Virus record (IMG/VR): IMGVR_UViG_3300036884_000126
Location: 1-55,580 of that record
From: a virus
Taxonomy: Duplodnaviria; Caudoviricetes
Strand: one strand, 5' to 3'
DNA: 55,580 nucleotides
Shown: positions 47,704 to 55,580 of the stretch, one piece after another
How the letters are laid out: each line of letters opens with the position of its first letter
How positions within the stretch are numbered: position 1 is the stretch's first letter
Position numbers and translations under genes: made by a program
The notes under the pieces: generated by a model
Told to the model about the DNA's origin: nothing
The model's database searches: none
The model's input: the letters and a program-made list of their open reading frames with translations, nothing else

Positions 47704-50064
47704 ATGGCAACAGATGTTCTTGAAGTCGGGGCAGTCATCAACCTGGCGCAAATCCTGCCCGGCTTGGACACTCTTGCTGCGAAGACGGAAGGCACCTGCG
47801 CGCAGATGACCATGTCGTTTGCCGGACCAGCACAGGCATCCCTGGCGTTTGGCAGGGGCTTCGCGCTTTCCGTTCCGGAAATCGTTAAGATCCCGCCCGC
47901 CGTCGACACCATCCCTCCAGCTATGGCCCGTGCGGGCTCCTCTGCCATGCAGGCGCGCATGGCCATGATGGGGATGGGGCAGGAGATGGGCGTGGCGCTG
48001 CCGCGCTTCGTGCGCTCTTTCCTGACGAGCGTCGGACCCGTGGCCGGGATCATGGCGGCTGCGTTCCTCCCCGTCGCCATCATTGGAGTGGTCGAGTGGC
48101 TTGCCAAAATTCCCGCCGCGATCGGCAAGGCATCCGACGCGATCATGGGCTTTGGCAAGGCACAGAAGGAAGCCTTCGCGGAAGCGGTCAAAGGGTCAGC
48201 CGAGGCATTCGAGCACGCGAAGACCTTGGAGCAGGCCACCTTTGCCCTCGCGCAGTCCGTGGCCACCCTGGGCATCCTGGCGCGCCAGACCTTTTCAGAG
48301 CGGCTCGTCCAGGGATTCAAAGACTCGGCTGAGGCAACATCAGACTGGTGGGGTCCGCTCAAGGGAGTGTTGGAGACGGTCAGCGCACTGAGAGCAGCTT
48401 TCGGCCTGTCTTCCGATGCGGCCACGAAGGCGAGCACGGCGCAGATCGCCCAGCTCACCACGCAAGCGGAGCTGCAACGGAAGGCTCATGAAGGCGCCTA
48501 CAAGCAGCAGGAAGCGGAAATCCAACTTCAGATGATCGGCGCCAAGGGCGCGGAATTAACGCGGCTTCAAACCCAGCTGCTGCGGATCAAGCAAAACGCC
48601 GACGAATACGCCCTGAGCAGCGAGGGCAAGCTCACGGAGCGGCAGATTGCTCTGCTCAATGAAAAGTACCGCGTCGAGCGGGAAGGGGTGGGAAAGAAGG
48701 CGGAGCTGAAAGGAGAAGGGGAAGCGGGAGCGCTGGCCAAGGCCGAGGTTGACGCTCACAAGAGCGTGGCCGATGCCATCATCGCGCAGCAGCTTGCCCT
48801 GGCCCGGGAAGCCGTCGAGATTGACAAGGGCAAGTGGCCGCAGATGATCGCCGCCGAGCGCGCGGCCGAGGATGAGATGTATGTGGTTGCCGTCAATGCA
48901 CTTAACCGCAAGAAGGAAATCGCGGCGCAAGAGGCGGCGCTGCATGGCAAGAGCGGGGCAGCGGAAGCGGCGACGATCAACGGTGAGATCGAAGCGCTGG
49001 CCATAAAGCATCAAACCAAGCTGGACTCGATCAGCGCGGAAGGAACCAAGCACCTGATTGCGGATGGCAATGCGGTGGAGGCCGCGTTCCGTGCGCAGTT
49101 CGAAGCCCAAGGCAAGGCACGCGAGATGGCAGCGGCAGATGCGAAGCGCGGCGACGAAGAGAGCATGCGGGCGGACGAGGAGCGAGTTTCTTTCGCCGAG
49201 ATGATCGCCAGCCGCACGCTGCGGGTGGAAGAAGGGGCAAACAGCGAGCGCCTGCGCGCGCATCAGGAGAACTTGAAGACGTGGGCCGCAGATGAAACCG
49301 CCTCGATCAACAAGTGGTACGCCGAGCAGCACAGGTTGCTGGAACTGGAATTGGCGGACGCAGAGCGGATCTATGGGGTGGGAACCACGGATTACATGCG
49401 CGTGGTGGCGCGCATGGAAGCGCTCGACCAGGACCGCGCCGCGAAGTCTCAAAAGGTGAACGCCCAGGTTGAGCAAAACTTCGTCAAAACGTACAGCATG
49501 ATCACGGGCATCGTGAATCACAATATTGCGTCCTGGATCACCGGGCATGAGACTTTCGGCAGGATGGTGATCAGCATCGCGGATGAGATGGCGACCGCCC
49601 TGATCAACTACTTCTTGAAAGAGGCGGAGCAATACCTCTTGGGCTTCATCACAAAGAAGTTCTTCGCTGAGGCTAACGTGAGCATCGATGCGGGCAGGGC
49701 AGGGGCGGGGGCTTTTGCTTCGGTCATGGAATCCGTTCCATTTCCGTTGAACATGGCTCTTGCGCCAGCGATGGCCACTGTGGCCATGACGCAGACGATG
49801 GCATACGGGAGCTTCGACACCGGAGGGTTGGCGCAGAAGACCGGGCTCGCCATGATCCACCAGGGCGAGATTGCCATGCCTGCGGAAGTCTCCTCGGCCT
49901 TCCGGTCGATGGCGGCGGGCGGTCCTGTCGGCGGGGGGCGCACCGTTCACCATCACACGACGTTCAACCTCCACCACAACGGGCCGGACGCGAAGGAAGT
50001 CCTCGAAACGCAACTGGTTCCGATGATCCGGCAGGCGCAGCGGCGCGGGGAGCTGGGCGCATGA
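47704..50064 (+). CDS. Tape measure protein
   Basis: Long Ala-rich helical protein; C-terminal FDTGG...AMIHQGE..MP. Confidence 0.88.
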   Translation: MATDVLEVGAVINLAQILPGLDTLAAKTEGTCAQMTMSFAGPAQASLAFGRGFALSVPEIVKIPPAVDTIPPAMARAGSSAMQARMAMMGMGQEMGVALPRFVRSFLTSVGPVAGIMAAAFLPVAIIGVVEWLAKIPAAIGKASDAIMGFGKAQKEAFAEAVKGSAEAFEHAKTLEQATFALAQSVATLGILARQTFSERLVQGFKDSAEATSDWWGPLKGVLETVSALRAAFGLSSDAATKASTAQIAQLTTQAELQRKAHEGAYKQQEAEIQLQMIGAKGAELTRLQTQLLRIKQNADEYALSSEGKLTERQIALLNEKYRVEREGVGKKAELKGEGEAGALAKAEVDAHKSVADAIIAQQLALAREAVEIDKGKWPQMIAAERAAEDEMYVVAVNALNRKKEIAAQEAALHGKSGAAEAATINGEIEALAIKHQTKLDSISAEGTKHLIADGNAVEAAFRAQFEAQGKAREMAAADAKRGDEESMRADEERVSFAEMIASRTLRVEEGANSERLRAHQENLKTWAADETASINKWYAEQHRLLELELADAERIYGVGTTDYMRVVARMEALDQDRAAKSQKVNAQVEQNFVKTYSMITGIVNHNIASWITGHETFGRMVISIADEMATALINYFLKEAEQYLLGFITKKFFAEANVSIDAGRAGAGAFASVMESVPFPLNMALAPAMATVAMTQTMAYGSFDTGGLAQKTGLAMIHQGEIAMPAEVSSAFRSMAAGGPVGGGRTVHHHTTFNLHHNGPDAKEVLETQLVPMIRQAQRRGELGA

Positions 50065-51002
50065 GTCTACAAGTCTATCCGGGGAGTTCGGCCTCAAGCG
50101 CGATCCGCGGCTTGGCTTTCACGGTGATCAAGCGGCCGCTATTCAACACCATCGTGCAGGACGCGCCGAACTTCTACTGTACCCGCATCGCGCAGACCCG
50201 CAACCCATTCTGGCGGTGGACGCTGAACTACGAGGTACTATATAACGACCCTGGCAACATCGCGAACGGCAACGCGCCCTGGACGGACTTGCAAGCTCTC
50301 ATGGGCTTTTTCATGGACAAGTACGGCCAGCAGGCGCCCTTCCTGTTTGATGACCCGGATGACGACTCGGTTGGGCCTGGCATCACGACGGCGGGCTGGA
50401 AAGCAAGCACCTATTATCCGGTGGACGCGAGCCTGCTCGTCGCGACGCACTGGCAGAAGGCGACCGTAGCCGGAATCTCCGGCAGCAGCGCTCCCGCATT
50501 CTCGACCTCCGGGGGGCATGTGTCAGAAGGCCCCAGCTCTCCGCAATTGCGCTGGGACGACCAGGGCTCGGGCTTCTCGGCGGTGCCGAACCTGTTCGCG
50601 GAGCTTCCGCTGGTCATGGACACGTCAACGGGCCTGTACTATTCACCCCTGCAAAGAAACCTGGGCGGCTTCGCGGAGGACGTTACCGACCTGAACGGCG
50701 CGGTCACACTTTACGGCAACGGCGCCGTGCTCACGGGGTACTATGCCGGAACGCTATCGACGGTCCCGGGCCTCGCCATCCCGGGAGCCTCCTACATGGG
50801 GCAGTACATCGCATGGACTGCAAGCTATGTGCCGACCGCGCCCGTCACCGCCTCATTCAAATTCTATTTCCGTGTGCGCTTCGAGACTGACGCCATCGAC
50901 TTTGAGAAGTTCGTGAGCGACATGTGGACCGTGGGCGGGTCGGAAGGGAAGGGTGGCGCCGGAGCCATCACGCTCGTCTCCGACCGTCCTCCAACCGTCT
51001 GA
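50061..51002 (+). CDS. Distal tail protein (DUF2460-like)
   Basis: GLAF.V.KRP.F.T, W.W.L.YE.L, L.GFF...GQ..PFLF.DP.D, F.FYFRVRF..D. Confidence 0.75.
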   Translation: MSLQVYPGSSASSAIRGLAFTVIKRPLFNTIVQDAPNFYCTRIAQTRNPFWRWTLNYEVLYNDPGNIANGNAPWTDLQALMGFFMDKYGQQAPFLFDDPDDDSVGPGITTAGWKASTYYPVDASLLVATHWQKATVAGISGSSAPAFSTSGGHVSEGPSSPQLRWDDQGSGFSAVPNLFAELPLVMDTSTGLYYSPLQRNLGGFAEDVTDLNGAVTLYGNGAVLTGYYAGTLSTVPGLAIPGASYMGQYIAWTASYVPTAPVTASFKFYFRVRFETDAIDFEKFVSDMWTVGGSEGKGGAGAITLVSDRPPTV

Positions 51003-51988
51003 TGCGCAAAGTTCTCTCTGGCAATGGAACGGACACGACCGCCACGGTTCTTGCGGCGCTCAAGGCCAGCAACCAGCTCTGGCAGGCCGATCTCTACCTC
51101 ATCGGCGAGGCAGATGATCCACAAGCGCTCTGGCTCTCGAACTGGGAATCGCCGCTCCTCTGGTCCTTGTGGGGAACGTTCCTGCCGGCTGTCGTCAAGC
51201 GCGGCTCGGTCGCGAGCGACGTTGGCCTGGATTCGAAACAACTTGATGTTTCCTGGGCGCCCGCAAACCAAACCTTCACGTCCTCGATTCCCACCACCAG
51301 CCCTTACGAACTGGCCCGCCTGGGATTCTATGACAACCGGCGCTTCCGCCTGTGGCGCTGCCTCATGCCCATACCTGGGGATGCGAACACCTGGGGAGCC
51401 TATGAGCTGTTCGGCGGCGTGATCGGCACGACGCAGCCCACGCGCGGCGAGATCAAGTTCAGCGTCCAGAGCTATCTCTATGTGCTCGATCAGAAAGTGC
51501 CGCAGGGCGTGATCGAGGTGACGAATTCGATGGCCGGCTACATCGGGGGGACGCCGCCCGCGGGCTTCTCGTCGATCCCGGAGTTCATCGTCGCCGATGC
51601 CAGCACGGCCACCGTCGTCAACGCCGACTGCACGAGCACGCCGACACACATCTTCACAGACGATGTTTTTGACGGTGGTTACATCGTCTTCGCCGGCGAC
51701 TCTACCCTGGCCGGGCTCTTCAGCGTCGTCGCCAAGAACTCAAGCTACACGAGCGGTGGACATCAATACAACAGCTTCCAAATCTATTCTCCGCTCCCCT
51801 GGGTTCCGACGATCGGAGACACGTTCTATGTGAGCGCACAGAGCCCGATTGACCAGGTGGACGGGGACTTCTACGGATTCCCAAGCGTACCTGCACCAGA
51901 ATCGGCCCTCGCTTGGATCGTTGGCCTCGGGCTGAGTGAAATACTCTTACACGCACTGCTTGGATTCGGGCGGATAATGGGCACATGA
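51002..51988 (+). CDS. Tail hub/baseplate protein (DUF2163-like)
   Basis: Position between distal tail and NlpC/P60; terminal FYGFP.VP.PE motif followed by a short extension. Confidence 0.7.
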   Translation: MRKVLSGNGTDTTATVLAALKASNQLWQADLYLIGEADDPQALWLSNWESPLLWSLWGTFLPAVVKRGSVASDVGLDSKQLDVSWAPANQTFTSSIPTTSPYELARLGFYDNRRFRLWRCLMPIPGDANTWGAYELFGGVIGTTQPTRGEIKFSVQSYLYVLDQKVPQGVIEVTNSMAGYIGGTPPAGFSSIPEFIVADASTATVVNADCTSTPTHIFTDDVFDGGYIVFAGDSTLAGLFSVVAKNSSYTSGGHQYNSFQIYSPLPWVPTIGDTFYVSAQSPIDQVDGDFYGFPSVPAPESALAWIVGLGLSEILLHALLGFGRIMGT

Positions 51989-52620
51989 AAAACAAACCCT
52001 GGTTCATCTACGTGCTCAAAGAACCGGAGAATGGAGAAGTTCGCTATGTTGGCTATACGATCAATCTCCATCAACGATTTCTTGACCACTTCAAGCCCTC
52101 GCGTTTTCTTCACGGAACGCGCCGCGATAGGTGGCTCAAGCGGCTGATGATTCTCGGTCGAAAGCCCATCCTCGAAATCTTAGAGATCGGTGAGGGTCTG
52201 GATTGGGCAAATGCTGAGCGAAAGTGGATAAAACATTTTAGAATGGTCGGAGCCAGATTGACAAACCATACAAACGGGGGGGAAGGCATTCCTGGCAGGC
52301 GGCATTCCAAGGAGACCCGCAGAAAGCAACGGGAATCTATAACTGAAGTATGGTCCTGCCGTTCCGCTGACGAGCGAAAGAAAATCGGATTGAAGATTTC
52401 ACGTGCCTTGCTCGCTCAGCATGAAATGCTCTCACGCCGGGCAAATGGAAACTGTCAGAAAGCTAGAAAACGTGACCCTGGATATCCAAGGCGTGCCGTC
52501 ATGCAGTTCTGGGTAAAATTATCTTCAGATCCAGAAGCGCGCAAGGAATTCATCGAAAGGCGCCGCCAAGCAATCATAGTCAGTTGGGCCAAAAGGAAAG
52601 AAGCTCGAAGGATTTCATGA
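51985..52620 (+). CDS. Free-standing GIY-YIG homing endonuclease
   Basis: FIYVL.EP....RYVG.T...R...H, E..WI, LTN.T.GGEG, HSKETRRK (NUMOD3-like); lower GC than flanks. Confidence 0.87.
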   Translation: MKNKPWFIYVLKEPENGEVRYVGYTINLHQRFLDHFKPSRFLHGTRRDRWLKRLMILGRKPILEILEIGEGLDWANAERKWIKHFRMVGARLTNHTNGGEGIPGRRHSKETRRKQRESITEVWSCRSADERKKIGLKISRALLAQHEMLSRRANGNCQKARKRDPGYPRRAVMQFWVKLSSDPEARKEFIERRRQAIIVSWAKRKEARRIS

Positions 52621-53072
52621 TAATGAAAACGCGCGAAGAGGCTGTTGAAATCGCCAGAGGTTTTATTGGGACGCCGTATGTCCTCTCGGGCATGCTTCCA
52701 GGTGTGGGGTTGGATTGTGCGACGCTGTTGTACACTTATCTTATTAAAATCGGAGCCGCGCAACCTGAACCTCTCGGCATTTGGTCCCACGATTGGTTTC
52801 ATCATGCGACGGAGGAGCGTTACAAGTATGCTCTTCTGAAGCACGCCCGGCAGGTAGTCGAGACGATCTGCCGGGGGACGCCGGAAGCCCGGCCGGGTGA
52901 CCTGATTCTGTTCAAGGTGGCGCGCAGCCGGATTTACAATCACGGCGCTATCGTGACGGCTTGGCCACACGGAGTTCACGCCTTTGACCGCAACGTGGCC
53001 GAGGTCAACCTGGTGCTGCATGCGGCACTGGCACACACGGAAATGGCAATCTTTACGCCTTGGAGCGACTGA
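52617..53072 (+). CDS. NlpC/P60 family tail peptidase
   Basis: ARGFIGTPY...G.DCA, PGDLILF, NHGAIV, HA. Confidence 0.88.
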   Translation: MIMKTREEAVEIARGFIGTPYVLSGMLPGVGLDCATLLYTYLIKIGAAQPEPLGIWSHDWFHHATEERYKYALLKHARQVVETICRGTPEARPGDLILFKVARSRIYNHGAIVTAWPHGVHAFDRNVAEVNLVLHAALAHTEMAIFTPWSD

Positions 53073-53073
53073 G

Positions 53074-55580
53074 ATGTTCGGAGGCAAGAACCAGGCAAGC
53101 ACGCGGCCCACAGCCCTCGGAACGATGCTTCAGGCATCGACCTATGGGCTCACGATCCCGCAGATTTACGGGATGACGCGCTCGCCGTTCCTGGCCATCT
53201 GGGCGAACAACCTGCGGCAGGGGGGGAGCGGAAAGAAGGGCAAGGCGTCGAAAAAGGGCGGGCCGCCTGACTACGTCGAAGCGATTGATTTCTTGCTGGG
53301 CCATAACCCGATCATGGACATGCTTCAGATATGGGCGAACTCGACGAAGTACGGGTTGGATTTCGTCGAGGTGGGCTATGGTGGTTTTGCTCCTGCGTCC
53401 TACACGATTGCGGATGCCAATTTCGTAGCGTTGATCGCCGTGACCGCCAGGATCAGTGGTTACATCGCGTTCGACGACTACGGGGGAAGTCCCCATGTTT
53501 CTCCCGACGCTGATCTCTGGGTGCCCATGTGGAACGAGTTGCAGGCTGGCCCGGACCCGATGGATGGCATGGGGTACCGATGCTGGCCTTTCGTCTATCG
53601 CTGGCAGCCCAGCTACGGCAACACGTTCTACGTCGATCCGGCACTCTACGGAACCGCCATCGGTACGGGCCAGCTTAAGATTTATTACGCCCGCACGAAT
53701 GCGGCGACCAGCTACCAGTTGCCCGCCGCAAAGCTGCGCCTTTCGTTTGAAAACATCCTGGGCTCGGGAGATGAATACGCGGGCTATTCCAGCGAGCAGA
53801 TTCAATATCCCTGGTACGCGGGAGCAGGTTCCCCGAACATCGACCTTGGGTCATCTGGCGCCATACCGTCAATCAAGGCAGAGATTCTTGGCAAGTGGGC
53901 AGTCTATCCCTCTGGTGACGGCGACTTCGTGGACATGATCGCGGACATCATAAAGTCTGGACAAAGTCAGGCGGCCATCGGCGGAGCGACCGGAGTCTCG
54001 CCGGTGCAGCGCGGCACCAACTGTTACAACTTCCCGGGAGCCATCCAGAAAAAGTTGGTGTTGGACGGCCGTAATCTGGCCTCAAAGACCTATGCCTTCG
54101 ACCAGCCCAACACTGCCGGAAACCTACTCCTGCTCGTGGCCAACTGCTATGGGGGAGACGTGACAAGCGTCACGGACTCGCTTGGCAACACGGGGTGGAC
54201 CCTGGCGGCAAACGTTGCTCCCGCTGGAACGGACCTCGGGTCGATGTCCGTATGGTACTGCGAAAACTGCCTGCCGGGAGCGAACAGCGTGACCATAGAC
54301 CCCTTGATCGGTGGGGGGAAGGGCGTTTCATGGACTGCGCTGATGGAGATAGCCGGAGCAGACACATTCGATGCCGTGGCATCAGCCTCCGGGGTGCAGC
54401 CCAGCGTTTCACTCACGACAACGAATGACCCGGGGAAAATCTCGCTCATGTTTTCCGTCTCTCTTCAGGGGAACCCCTACGCCTATTCGCTCGCTGCCCT
54501 GGAGACCTGGCCCTTGATCGTGAGCATTTTCGACCAGCAATATACCGCAGGGTGGCCCTGCCCTCTGGTGCAGCAGCGAACCGTAACGACGCCAGGAACC
54601 TATGCCATGCAGTGGCCAAGCGCGATGGTTAATGCACATTCGATGCTCATCTTGATCGCGTTCAAGGCCACGGTTCCGCCGACCTACGCGAAGGCCCTGC
54701 CGGACATCATTGACCGCACGATGCTTGATCTGACTCGCCAACAATGCCGGGCCGGGGGCCTATGGGGATCGCTCACCATGGACTCACAGCAGGAGGCCCG
54801 CAACTGGGTTGACACGCTTTGCCAGGCCGCGAACTGTGCACCCGTCTGGTCGGGATTTAAGTTGAAACTCATTCCCCGCAGTGAAGTCTCGGCGGCAGCC
54901 AATGGAGGAATTTATTACTCGCCAACCGCATCCGGCCCCGTGGCAAACCTGAGCACGGAAAACGGGGACTTCGTTGCCGCAAGCGGTGAGAGCCCCATTA
55001 GCGTGGTGCGAGCGGCACGCACCGACGTCAAGACGGTCCTGCAAATGCAGCACATCAACCGCAGCTCGGACTATGCCCAGATGACGGTGGCAGAGCCGGA
55101 CGCCGCGGGCATCGCGCTTTACGGCGTGCGCAAGGGCGATCCGATAGTGAACAACGCCGTGCAGGAGGTCTCGGTGGCGCGCGCGCTGCTGCGCATCGCT
55201 GTGCGGAGGCAGGGCTACGTTGAGAACATGCTTTACAAGTTCACCCTGAACGCCCGCTGGCAACTGCTCGAAGCGATGGACCTGGTCACGATCAGCGACC
55301 CGCTCATGAGCATCAATCTGCTGCCGGTACGGCTGACGAAGGCCGAGCAGAACGATCAGACGGCAATCGATTGCGAGGCCGAGCCTTTCGTCTATGGCAT
55401 CAACGCGCCGCAGGCGATCACCGTGACGGCGCCCAACCCCTACTCGCCTTCCACGGACGCCAGCGCCGGCAACGTCAACACGCCGGTCATCTTCGAGCCG
55501 GTCGCCCGCCTGTCGAGCAACCTCAACCAGATTTGGTTCGTCGTCTCTTCACCAAGCGCCGGGTACGGCGGCTGCCAAGT
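53074..55580 (+). CDS. Central tail/host-specificity tip protein (partial, runs off the window)
   Basis: ATG 53074; QASTYGLTIPQIYG at the start and LLEAMDLVTISD and GYGGCQV at the end are in the same frame; absent from the ORF track, consistent with no stop before the window end. Confidence 0.8.
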   Translation, partial: MFGGKNQASTRPTALGTMLQASTYGLTIPQIYGMTRSPFLAIWANNLRQGGSGKKGKASKKGGPPDYVEAIDFLLGHNPIMDMLQIWANSTKYGLDFVEVGYGGFAPASYTIADANFVALIAVTARISGYIAFDDYGGSPHVSPDADLWVPMWNELQAGPDPMDGMGYRCWPFVYRWQPSYGNTFYVDPALYGTAIGTGQLKIYYARTNAATSYQLPAAKLRLSFENILGSGDEYAGYSSEQIQYPWYAGAGSPNIDLGSSGAIPSIKAEILGKWAVYPSGDGDFVDMIADIIKSGQSQAAIGGATGVSPVQRGTNCYNFPGAIQKKLVLDGRNLASKTYAFDQPNTAGNLLLLVANCYGGDVTSVTDSLGNTGWTLAANVAPAGTDLGSMSVWYCENCLPGANSVTIDPLIGGGKGVSWTALMEIAGADTFDAVASASGVQPSVSLTTTNDPGKISLMFSVSLQGNPYAYSLAALETWPLIVSIFDQQYTAGWPCPLVQQRTVTTPGTYAMQWPSAMVNAHSMLILIAFKATVPPTYAKALPDIIDRTMLDLTRQQCRAGGLWGSLTMDSQQEARNWVDTLCQAANCAPVWSGFKLKLIPRSEVSAAANGGIYYSPTASGPVANLSTENGDFVAASGESPISVVRAARTDVKTVLQMQHINRSSDYAQMTVAEPDAAGIALYGVRKGDPIVNNAVQEVSVARALLRIAVRRQGYVENMLYKFTLNARWQLLEAMDLVTISDPLMSINLLPVRLTKAEQNDQTAIDCEAEPFVYGINAPQAITVTAPNPYSPSTDASAGNVNTPVIFEPVARLSSNLNQIWFVVSSPSAGYGGCQ

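Noticed and set aside
48556-50097. 513-aa minus-strand ORF opposite the tape measure gene
   Set aside because: No motifs; typical antisense shadow of a GC-rich gene with biased codon use

Overview
A 55.6-kb fragment of a GC-rich tailed (siphovirus-like) phage or prophage; essentially every real gene is on the + strand. Gene order: recombination (putative annealase, PD-(D/E)XK nuclease), replication (HTH initiator, loader, DnaB, RNase H), DNA methylase, ParB, many small accessory ORFs, DUF5131/Gp37-Gp68, GHKL ATPase, terminase, portal-MuF fusion, protease, scaffold, capsid, a collagen/discoidin fibre, a glycosyltransferase/FkbM cluster, head-tail joining genes, tail tube, chaperone, tape measure and tail tip (runs off the window). 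No integrase or lysis genes are visible. The most striking feature is two HNH endonuclease genes overprinted in an alternative reading frame inside host genes whose own frame stays open. One lies inside the terminase intein, with its own extended -10 promoter and Shine-Dalgarno. The other lies inside the DUF5131 gene with no visible splicing element. A conventional in-frame LAGLIDADG intein (portal) and a free-standing GIY-YIG gene are also present. All family assignments come from motifs recognised by eye; no database searches were run.
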